Below the pieces are notes generated by a model, which was not told the DNA's origin, did not search any database, and was given only the letters and a program-made list of their open reading frames with translations. A stretch of DNA of 64,000 nt from Chthoniobacteraceae bacterium (GTDB lineage Bacteria > Verrucomicrobiota > Verrucomicrobiia > Chthoniobacterales > Chthoniobacteraceae): the NCBI GenBank assembly GCA_042691655.1, contig CP170506.1, forward strand, positions 2,217,298 to 2,281,297, in the 5' to 3' direction. Made by a program: the position numbers and the translations under genes. Below are positions 50,505 through 57,968 of the stretch, piece after piece; the first letter of the stretch is position 1; every line of letters begins with the position of its first letter.

Positions 50505-51680
50505 TTAAGAGTGCCGGGGGCGGTGCGGCTGGGATTCGTAAACCCGGACCAAGCTCACCGCAGCCTTCATGATTTCAAAGTATCCCAAAAAACAGCGCCG
50601 CGCGGCAACTCGCATCTCTTCCCGCTCCCCGGGGGTGAGCGCCAGCCAGCGGTCGAGGAGCGCCTCGGTGCCCGCCAGGTCGTCGTTTTCGATCAACCCG
50701 GCCCGCTCGCCCTCGATCTCCCGCCAGATGTTCACTTTGTTGGAAATGAGCACGGGGAGGTGTGCGGAGAGCGCCTCGGCTACGGAAATGCCGAAATTCT
50801 CCTGGTGCGAGGGGAGCATGAAGGCTTCGGAGGCGAGGAAGGCGCCCCACTTTTCGTCCCCTTGCAGCATCCCCGTCCACGTGACCTGGTCCTCAATGCC
50901 CAGGCTGGAAGAGAGGCGCTTTATTTTGCGGCCAAAGGGGTTGTCGGCGGGCCCGGCCATCACCAGGGCCAGGCTCGGATCGGGATGGGCGGTGAGACGG
51001 CGGTGGAACGCCTGGATGAGGAGGTCTCCGCCCTTTTTTTCGTGCATCCGCCCGAGGAAAAGCAGGAGCCGCTTGCCCCGCAACTCTGGGAAACGGGCGA
51101 AGAAGGCGGCTTTCTGCGTTTCGGCGTCCCCCTGCCACCCCCTGGTGCCGTAGCTGACTACTTCTTCGCGGCAGCGGTAGAGCCAGAAGGATTTGCGCGC
51201 CTGGAGCTTTTCCTCGATACAGGTGAAGAGGACCGCGGCGGCATCCCGCAGGACCCGGTATTCAGCCCAGGGCCAGTAGAGCCATTTTTTGAGGTGCTTG
51301 AGGGGGTAGTGGCGCTTGAACCACGGGTCGAGCATGCCGTGGGTGAATACGTAATAGGGCACGCCTTCCTGCCGCAGCACGCGCCAGGCGGCGAAGCTGT
51401 TGTATTGCCAGATGCCATTGACGACGATGAAGGAATAATCCCGGCAGTGCTCTCTGAGCCATGGGATCAGCTTGGGCGAGTAGCCGTAGCTCAGGTAGGA
51501 CGGGCCCAGGGGGATCACAGAAAACGGAAAGTCCTTTAACCAAGGCGCGGCGGGGTCGTCGAGACAAACAATATCGACTTCGCCGCCGAGGCACTCCATG
51601 CCCACGGCAAGCTGTTTTACCCCTTCGATCGGACCACCGACTGCGGGATTGACGGAATGGATGAGATGAAGGATTTTCAC
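50505..51680 (-). CDS. glycosyltransferase family 4 (first gene of operon)
   Basis: MKILHLIHSVNPAVGG N-terminus. C-terminal FMLPSHQENFGISVAEALSAHLP (EX7E). Confidence 0.85.
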   Translation of the reverse strand: MKILHLIHSVNPAVGGPIEGVKQLAVGMECLGGEVDIVCLDDPAAPWLKDFPFSVIPLGPSYLSYGYSPKLIPWLREHCRDYSFIVVNGIWQYNSFAAWRVLRQEGVPYYVFTHGMLDPWFKRHYPLKHLKKWLYWPWAEYRVLRDAAAVLFTCIEEKLQARKSFWLYRCREEVVSYGTRGWQGDAETQKAAFFARFPELRGKRLLLFLGRMHEKKGGDLLIQAFHRRLTAHPDPSLALVMAGPADNPFGRKIKRLSSSLGIEDQVTWTGMLQGDEKWGAFLASEAFMLPSHQENFGISVAEALSAHLPVLISNKVNIWREIEGERAGLIENDDLAGTEALLDRWLALTPGEREEMRVAARRCFLGYFEIMKAAVSLVRVYESQPHRPRHS

Positions 51681-51783
51681 GCGAGGAGCGAGCGTTCGCG
51701 AGTTATAGGGAAGCCGCCGGGCCGGTTCAATGTTTATCTATTGGCAGCGAACGCCTTATCTCGTTATGATAGCCGCCCGATCC

Positions 51784-52200
51784 ATGACTCCGAGTCAGCG
51801 CCAGAGCGAGCTCATTGCCCGCTACTCCATCCTTCCAGACGCGCACGAGCGCCTTGCCGCCTTGAGCACCCGGCGGTCCCGTGTCGCCCCCGTCCCCGCC
51901 GAGGAGCGGACGGATGAAAAGCGCGTGCCGGGGTGCGTCTCAAAGGTGTGGATGGATGCCTGGATGGAAAATGGCCGATGTCACCTACGGATGCACGCCG
52001 AGTCCCCGCTGGTGGGGGCGCTCGCCTCGGTGCTCTGCGAAATTTACGACGCCGCCACCCCGGAGGAGATCGAGGCGACGGAACCAGCGATTTTTCAGGA
52101 ACTGGGGATCGAGGCCAATCTCTCCCCCACCCGGCTCAATGGCCTGGCCAATCTGCGCGCGCGGATCGTGGCCTTCGCCCGGGAGGCCGACCGACAGTAG
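51784..52200 (+). CDS. sufE: cysteine desulfuration protein SufE
   Basis: SufE signature (PGCVSKVW) with conserved Cys. ATG 51784. Confidence 0.8.
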   Translation: MTPSQRQSELIARYSILPDAHERLAALSTRRSRVAPVPAEERTDEKRVPGCVSKVWMDAWMENGRCHLRMHAESPLVGALASVLCEIYDAATPEEIEATEPAIFQELGIEANLSPTRLNGLANLRARIVAFAREADRQ

Positions 52201-52215
52201 AAAGAAATCTCTCCG

Positions 52216-52998
52216 ATGCTTTACGACGCCCACAACCACTTACAGGCAGAGAAACTGGCCCCCCACCTGGTCGAGATCGAACAGCAACTGGAGCGCATCG
52301 GGCTGGAAAAGGCGGTGGTCAACGGCACGAAGGAGTCGAACTGGGCCCGAGTGGCGGCGCTGGCGGAGGTTCACAAATGGGTGATCCCCAGCTTCGGGCT
52401 GCACCCGTGGTTCCTGAACGACCGCACCCGGGAATGGCGCGACCGGCTCACGAGGCTTGTGGAAACCACCCCGCGCGCGGTGGTGGGCGAGATCGGGCTG
52501 GACCGGGCCGCCGGGCTGGCTGATCTGGAGGACCAAAAAGCTATTTTTCTTTGGCAACTGGAGCTGGCGGCGCGTCTGAACGTCCCGGCCTCTATTCACT
52601 GCGTGAAGGCCTGGGGCGCGCTCTGGGATATCCTCCGGGTGGAACCGGTGCCGGATTGCGGCTTCCTGCTGCACGGTTACGCGGGGCCGGTGGAGATGGT
52701 GGAGCCTTTTGCGAAACGGGGCGCTTATTTTTCTTTTTGCGGCTCTTACCTGCACGAGGCCAAGACGGCGCGGCAGGATATTTTCCGCGCGATTCCCAAG
52801 GATCGCCTCCTGGTGGAGACCGACGCGCCGGATATGCCGCTGCCGCCGGAGCGCGTGATCTACCCGATCCCCGGGCTGAATCACCCCGCTAATATCCAGG
52901 CGGTTTACGACGGACTGGCGGAGGTGCGCGGCCTCCCTCTGCATACGCTGAGCGCCCAGGTGGCCCGGAATTTCCAGCGGCTCTTTGGGAACCGTTGA
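52216..52998 (+). CDS. tatD: TatD-family metal-dependent hydrolase (DNase)
   Basis: YDAHNHL N-terminal His pair, GEIGLD, and C-terminal ETDAP motifs. Confidence 0.9.
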   Translation: MLYDAHNHLQAEKLAPHLVEIEQQLERIGLEKAVVNGTKESNWARVAALAEVHKWVIPSFGLHPWFLNDRTREWRDRLTRLVETTPRAVVGEIGLDRAAGLADLEDQKAIFLWQLELAARLNVPASIHCVKAWGALWDILRVEPVPDCGFLLHGYAGPVEMVEPFAKRGAYFSFCGSYLHEAKTARQDIFRAIPKDRLLVETDAPDMPLPPERVIYPIPGLNHPANIQAVYDGLAEVRGLPLHTLSAQVARNFQRLFGNR

Positions 52999-53007
52999 AA
53001 AAGTTTT

Positions 53008-53193
53008 GAGACAGGATGAACAGGAGCTTTTTTTGGGGGAGGCCCAACGGTTTTTGAGCGGAGAAGCTCGGCTTTTTTTTGACAAGGATTAACAAGATTG
53101 ACAGGATTTTTTCAGATTTGGTTTCCCGGGTGCCATCCAGCTCTCGCAGGCTCTCGGCGTAATCCTCTTAACCTTTTTAATCCTGTTCATCCT
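53008..53193. repeat. MITE-like ~190-bp imperfect palindrome with 13-bp perfect terminal inverted repeats
   Basis: AGGATGAACAGGA at 53013-53025 and TCCTGTTCATCCT at 53181-53193. Internal AGGATTAA/TTAATCCT half-sites in inverted orientation. A weak hairpin plus T8 lies at 53056-53080. Confidence 0.4.
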
Positions 53194-53214
53194 AAGCCGA
53201 AAATAGGTGTCCTA

Positions 53215-53350
53215 GAAAAAAGGCAGAGGGCTCACGCAAAGACGCAAAGGCGCAAAGAAAGGCAGGACTCTTTGCGCCTTTGCGCCTTTGCGTGAGAATA
53301 GAATTCCCCCCTTTTTCATGCCGCGTGGAGCCCCGTCTGCGGGGCATGGG
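53215..53350. repeat. CGCAAAG-heptad hairpin repeat, copy A (full-length)
   Basis: Left arm CTCACGCAAAGACGCAAAGGCGCAAAGA (53231-53258), 10-nt loop, right arm 53269-53296, 27/28 bp complementary. Shares 5' flank AAAAAAGGCAGAGGG and ~55-bp 3' flank with copy C. Confidence 0.6.
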
Positions 53351-53433
53351 GGTCTGTCTAAATTGCCGAGCCTGTTCTCTCTAAAAGCTCTTTGATAGCC
53401 AGGCGTGGTATATAAACGGGCGACCAAACGCTT

Positions 53434-53760
53434 ATGAATCGTCCACTATTTCTCAACTTGGCCGGGGCGCTGATCCTGCTGGCGGGGATCTCGGGCGCGT
53501 TCGTTCTTCACCGGCAGGGCGCAAACGCGGCTCCGGAGGACGACTCCATCGACGAGCGCCCGGACGCGCCGCTTTCGATCCAGGATTCCAAGCGCCTGAG
53601 CGCCGCCATGGAGCAGAACTGGGGGAAGGCGGGAAATTTGGGGTTTTCCAGCCTCGCCGACGCCGTTGGCAACCGGGCTCACTGGCCGCTGATTCTGCTG
53701 GGAATTTCGGCCGTGGCGGGGCTTTCCTGTTTTTTCGTGGCAGACCGGCTGGAACGGTAG
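53434..53760 (+). CDS. hypothetical 2-TM membrane protein
   Basis: 108 aa, hydrophobic N- and C-terminal helices. No family. Confidence 0.4.
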   Translation: MNRPLFLNLAGALILLAGISGAFVLHRQGANAAPEDDSIDERPDAPLSIQDSKRLSAAMEQNWGKAGNLGFSSLADAVGNRAHWPLILLGISAVAGLSCFFVADRLER

Positions 53761-53812
53761 TGCGTTTTTTGTGGCCTGGGGAGCGGTTTCCCGCTGATAT
53801 ATTGGCGTACCC

Positions 53813-55825
53813 ATGGCTCGCCAATATTCACTCCACCGCCCAGCGGCCTCCGAGGTCAAGATCGACTACGCCTCCGAGCTGAACCCGCAACAACTCGACG
53901 CGGTCCTGGCTCCTCCCGGGCCCGCGCTGGTGATCGCCGGGGCGGGCAGCGGCAAGACGCGCACGCTGACCTACCGCGTGGCCTATCTGCTGGAGAATGG
54001 CATTGCGCCCTCCAATATTCTGCTGCTGACCTTCACCAACAAAGCCGCCCGCGAGATGCTGGAGCGGGTGGAGGCGCTCTTGCCTGACCGGACGGCGGGG
54101 CTCTGGGGCGGGACGTTCCACTCCATCGGCAACCGCATTCTGCGTCGCCATGCCGAAGCCGCGGGCTACCGAACGGGGTTCTCGATCATGGACCGCGAGG
54201 ACGAATCGGGGATGCTCCAGGACGTGATCGCTTCGCTGGGGCTCTCGACCAAAAGCAAGGAGACGCCCAAGGAGAAACGTTTCCCCAAGGGGGAGGTGAT
54301 GGCGGATATTTTGAGCTTCGGCCTCAATACGGGGCTGCCGCTGGAGGACGTGCTGGTGCGCAAGTACCCGCACTTTCTCGAATACGAGGAGCAGATCGGC
54401 CGGGTGGGCGCGGAGTACATCGCCCGCAAGAAGGCGGCCAACGCGCTCGATTTCGACGATCTGCTGGTGCAGCCGCTGCGTTTGCTGGAGAACAACCCTG
54501 AAATTGCAAAGGCCTTTCGCACGCAGTTCCAGTTCATCCTGGTGGACGAGTACCAGGATACAAACCGCCTCCAGGCCGACTTTATCGACATGCTGGCCCA
54601 CGATCACCACAACGTGATGGTGGTGGGCGACGATGCGCAGTCGATCTACTCCTGGCGCGGGGCGAATTTCCAGAACATCCTGCAATTTCCCAAACGCTAC
54701 CCCGGGGCGAAGATTTACAAGATCGAGACGAACTACCGAAGCATACCGGAGGTGCTGGAGGTGGCCAACGCGGCCATTTCGGCCAACGAGGGGCAATTCG
54801 AAAAACACCTCGCCCCGGCCCGCAAGGCCTCGGGGGTGAAACCGGCGCTGGTGGCGCTGGAGAATTCGAATGATCAGGCCCGGTTCGTGGCCCAGCGCAT
54901 CGCGGAGCTTTACGATGGCGGGACGGATCTGCGCCGGATCGCCGTGCTCTACCGCGCGCACTACCATTCGATGGAGTTGCAAATGGAGCTCACCCGAGGG
55001 AGCATCCCCTTTGCGATTACCAGCGGGCTGCGCTTTTTCGAGCAGGCGCACGTGAAGGACGTGGCGGCGTTCCTGAAATTTGTGGTGAACCCGCGCGACG
55101 AGGTGGCCTTTAAGCGCATGGCCAAGCTGCTCCCCGGCGTGGGGGACCGCTCGGCGGCGGTGCTCTGGAGCGCCATCGAGCGGGCGATCCCGGCTTCGGA
55201 GGCCCCGGCATCGTTCTACGATCTCCTGATGCCCGCCAAGGGCCTGAAGGTTCCCTCCAAGGCGCAGAAGGATTGGAAACAGCTCGCCCACACGCTCGAC
55301 GAGATCGCCCCCGGTGGCCAGGCAAAGGCCCCCTCCGAGATGCTCAACCTGGTGATCGAGGCGATTTACGAGGATTACCTCATTGCCAATTTCCCGAACT
55401 ACGACGCGCGGCGCGAGGACCTCAATACGCTGGAAAACTACGCCCGGCAGTTCCAGGACCCGTTCGAATTTCTCGATCAACTGGCGCTAATGACCGGCCT
55501 CGACGATGAGGCCCGGCCTGATGCCGATGCCGACGCGGTGACGCTCTCCAGCATCCACCAGGCGAAGGGCTTGGAGTGGAGCGTGGTCTTTGTGATCTGG
55601 ATGACGGAGGGGATGTTCCCGACTTCGCGTTCACTGGAGGACCCCGAGGCGCTGGAGGAGGAGCGGCGGCTCTTTTATGTGGCCGTGACCCGCGCCGAGG
55701 ACGAGCTTTACCTCACCTACCCGCTCATGCGGCTTAACGCGGGCTATGGCGAGATGATCCAGCGGCCGTCGCGCTTCCTGGGGGAGATCCCCAAGGAGCG
55801 GCTGGAAGAGTGGCAGGTGATGTAG
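53813..55825 (+). CDS. uvrD: ATP-dependent DNA helicase, UvrD/PcrA/Rep family
   Basis: 670 aa. Motif I (AGAGSGKT) and II (DEYQD), UvrD-type C-terminal domain. Confidence 0.9.
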   Translation: MARQYSLHRPAASEVKIDYASELNPQQLDAVLAPPGPALVIAGAGSGKTRTLTYRVAYLLENGIAPSNILLLTFTNKAAREMLERVEALLPDRTAGLWGGTFHSIGNRILRRHAEAAGYRTGFSIMDREDESGMLQDVIASLGLSTKSKETPKEKRFPKGEVMADILSFGLNTGLPLEDVLVRKYPHFLEYEEQIGRVGAEYIARKKAANALDFDDLLVQPLRLLENNPEIAKAFRTQFQFILVDEYQDTNRLQADFIDMLAHDHHNVMVVGDDAQSIYSWRGANFQNILQFPKRYPGAKIYKIETNYRSIPEVLEVANAAISANEGQFEKHLAPARKASGVKPALVALENSNDQARFVAQRIAELYDGGTDLRRIAVLYRAHYHSMELQMELTRGSIPFAITSGLRFFEQAHVKDVAAFLKFVVNPRDEVAFKRMAKLLPGVGDRSAAVLWSAIERAIPASEAPASFYDLLMPAKGLKVPSKAQKDWKQLAHTLDEIAPGGQAKAPSEMLNLVIEAIYEDYLIANFPNYDARREDLNTLENYARQFQDPFEFLDQLALMTGLDDEARPDADADAVTLSSIHQAKGLEWSVVFVIWMTEGMFPTSRSLEDPEALEEERRLFYVAVTRAEDELYLTYPLMRLNAGYGEMIQRPSRFLGEIPKERLEEWQVM

Positions 55826-56039
55826 GGGTTGGTAATCGGATTGGTAGTGTCCTAATTTGGATTTAAGAAAGTTTAAGCCTAAATCTTCGAGGCGACGAGA
55901 CTTGCAATCAGGTTGGAAATACCCAAGCGTCCGGGTTTAGTGTGGGCTCGCGTGGGTTTTAGTGGGTGTGAATAGAAAAGTTTCGAGTCGTGTGTTCTTT
56001 TGAGTTGCGATTTTCGTAATTCGGCGTATAACTCGAACC

Positions 56040-56543
56040 ATGACCGCGACAATCAACGCGACGCTCGAATCGATTTTGACCGACCTTGAGGCCGAAACTG
56101 GTGCTTTGGGCGCACAAATAAGTGCCCTGAAAGCCAAGTTTGAAGCCAATCAAAGTTTGATTCAGGCAATCAAAGGAAAGCTGGGGATTGCCACATCTTG
56201 CGCTTCGGCTTCGCTATCGCCACAACTGGCGGTAGTAAGCACGGGGCATGGCCCATCTGTTTCGTCCAGCGATTACGGATGGCTGTCCGGTGCAATCAAA
56301 GAATATATCCAAGAAAAGAATGGTTCTGAGTTTTCACCCAAGGCCATGATGGTTGATATTTCGGCACGGAACCCCCACCGAGAGATTGCGAGAACGGCAG
56401 TTTATCCGATCCTAAGAAAATTGGTCACAGAAGGATTTATTACACAAACCCAAGCTGGATCAGGCAAGAGGCCATCCAAATACAAAGCGAACGAATTTTC
56501 TAATTCACTCCAAACCGAAACTCAACCGGAGGGCACTGCTTGA
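56040..56543 (+). CDS. hypothetical protein (coiled-coil N-terminus, winged-helix-like C-terminus) on low-GC island
   Basis: 167 aa, GC ~48%. C-terminal region (REIARTAVYPILRKLVTEGFITQ) resembles wHTH DNA-binding folds. Confidence 0.4.
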   Translation: MTATINATLESILTDLEAETGALGAQISALKAKFEANQSLIQAIKGKLGIATSCASASLSPQLAVVSTGHGPSVSSSDYGWLSGAIKEYIQEKNGSEFSPKAMMVDISARNPHREIARTAVYPILRKLVTEGFITQTQAGSGKRPSKYKANEFSNSLQTETQPEGTA

Positions 56544-56701
56544 TGTTATTAGTTCGTAGGGGCTGGTGACGCCGCAACCAGTCGCTCAGAAAAGAAACCG
56601 GCGTCACGTAGTTTAACATCTTGGCAGATCGACTACGTGACGCCGCAAGGCACTGATCCTGTAAGGTCCAATCCCTTGCGGGATCAAAACTCACAACTCA
56701 A

Positions 56702-56773
56702 GGGGGTGTAGGTTAACGGTAAACCATCCGGCTATACATCTGCGAAAATGCGGGTCCGAATCCCGCACCTCCA
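56702..56773 (+). other. degenerate tRNA-like element (acceptor, D-arm and T-arm present; no anticodon stem)
   Basis: GGGGGTG ... CACCTCC with a G3:U70-type wobble, U8-A9, D-stem GGTT/AACC, T-arm GCGGG-TCCGAAT-CCCGC. The anticodon arm cannot be paired. Likely a tRNA remnant or att-site fragment. Confidence 0.3.
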
Positions 56774-56786
56774 TTTAATTGCTGTG

Positions 56787-56990
56787 CTACAAAATATCAG
56801 TCTGCGACGCGTCAAGCAAGGACTTTCTTAGCCAATCGGAAAAAATCATCCCAGCGCGTTTCGCTGCCGATTCCATCTGTTTGTGTTCGGCTTGGGTAAC
56901 ACGAACACGAACCATAGTATCCTTTGCGCTCCCTATTGGTAACTTGGGGCGTCCAGTTCTTATTTTTTTCGTTATTTCTTTTTGTGCCAC
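56787..56990 (-). CDS. MobC/NikA-like ribbon-helix-helix mobilization protein (start uncertain)
   Basis: TGRPKLP...VRVRVTQAEHKQMESAAKRAGMIFSDWLRKSLLDA matches the plasmid-mobilization RHH family pattern. GTG 56990 start proposed. Longer ATG versions (to 57059/57134) would overlap the IS1 fragment start. Confidence 0.55.
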   Translation of the reverse strand: MAQKEITKKIRTGRPKLPIGSAKDTMVRVRVTQAEHKQMESAAKRAGMIFSDWLRKSLLDASQTDIL

Positions 56991-57048
56991 AATAATATTG
57001 TTGACCAATCCTGGTTTCTGTAGCACAACAAGTCCAGAATAAAACCTT

Positions 57049-57282
57049 ATGGCAACCATCCTTCCCAAAGAAAAACAGATCATGGTTGTCGGCGCTCTTG
57101 CCGAAGGGAACAGCATTCGGAGCATCGAGCGCATGAGCGGGATTCACCGCGACACGATTATGCGGCTTGGCGTCCGCGTCGGCCAAGGGTGCAAGACCGT
57201 TTTGGATGAAAGGATGCGCGGTTTGAATTGCTCCCGTATTGAGGTTGATGAGATTGGGGGATTCATCGAGAAGAAAAACGCC
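57049..57282 (+). mobile_element. IS1-family transposase gene fragment (5' ~78 codons only; pseudogene)
   Basis: HTH segment (AEGNSIRSIERMSGIHRDTIMRL) and start of the DDE domain (CSRIEVDEIGGFIEKK, matching IS1 InsB CAEMDEQWGYVGAK). Homology stops near 57280. The remaining ORF to 57543 is unrelated read-through into repeat copy B. Confidence 0.7.
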
Positions 57283-57472
57283 CAAGCATCAACTAGTGAG
57301 TTAGTTAAAGGGGTTAGTTACCAGCGCCCCTTCAGGGCGCGACGTTCTTCGCGTAACTTGAAACCCAGGGTGACGCTTCGCTCTACCCTGGGCTATAGAA
57401 ACCCGCGCGTAGCACCACTGGCGGGCGCGGTATTGCCTCTTATACGATTTACACAGACAAAAAGCATTAAGT

Positions 57473-57543
57473 CTCACGCAAAGACGCAAAGGCGCAAAGA
57501 AGGCAGGTGCGTCTCTTCTTTGCGCCTTTGCGTCTTTGCGTGA
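57473..57543. repeat. CGCAAAG-heptad hairpin repeat, copy B (core hairpin only)
   Basis: Perfect 27-bp stem (57473-57500 / 57517-57543) with 16-nt loop. Lacks the A/C-type flanks. Confidence 0.55.
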
Positions 57544-57593
57544 AATATTTCACTGGAAAGGCCATTTAGTGGCGTCTGACTATGAAAGTCGTA

Positions 57594-57968
57594 TCAGTGG
57601 CTCACCGGCAGGTGCTCCTCGATGCTGGCGCGCAGGGTGGCGAGGCTGACGGGCTTGGAGAGGAACGGGAAGCCGCCGATCAGTCCGCCCGGAGCGGCTT
57701 CTTTGCGCGAGACGATGGCCGTCAGGAAGACGATCGGGATCGCCGCCAGGGCCGGGTCTCGGCGGATTTGCGCCGCGGCGTCGCCGCCGTCCACTTTGGG
57801 CATGACGATGTCCATGAGGATCAGGTCCGGGCGCTCCCGCTTCGCGGTTGGGTAGGCACAGGCCCCGTTGTTTTCCTCCACCACTTCGTACTCCCCGGTT
57901 TTTTCCAGGGTCAGCTTCATCAGCCGGGTGAAACCGGCTTCGTCGTCCACGATGAGGATCTTTTTCAT
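57594..57968 (-). CDS. single-domain response regulator (CheY-like receiver)
   Basis: 124 aa. DD...D (phospho-acceptor Asp in LILMDIVMP), T and K motifs. 4-bp overlap with the upstream kinase. Confidence 0.9.
   Translation of the reverse strand: MKKILIVDDEAGFTRLMKLTLEKTGEYEVVEENNGACAYPTAKRERPDLILMDIVMPKVDGGDAAAQIRRDPALAAIPIVFLTAIVSRKEAAPGGLIGGFPFLSKPVSLATLRASIEEHLPVSH

Noticed and set aside
56400-56773. Possible tmRNA (ssrA) ending in the tRNA-like ...CACCTCCA with G3:U70
   Set aside because: No matching 5' tRNA-like half (GGGG...) at the expected ~350 nt upstream. The upstream region is occupied by a protein-like ORF. No credible tag-peptide reading frame ending in ALAA-type residues. T-loop is non-canonical.
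57283-57472. tRNA or structured ncRNA in the GC-rich stretch after the IS1 homology breakpoint
   Set aside because: Only isolated short hairpins. No cloverleaf, no T-loop consensus. Most likely junk read-through or a deletion scar. Reported only as context for the IS1 truncation.
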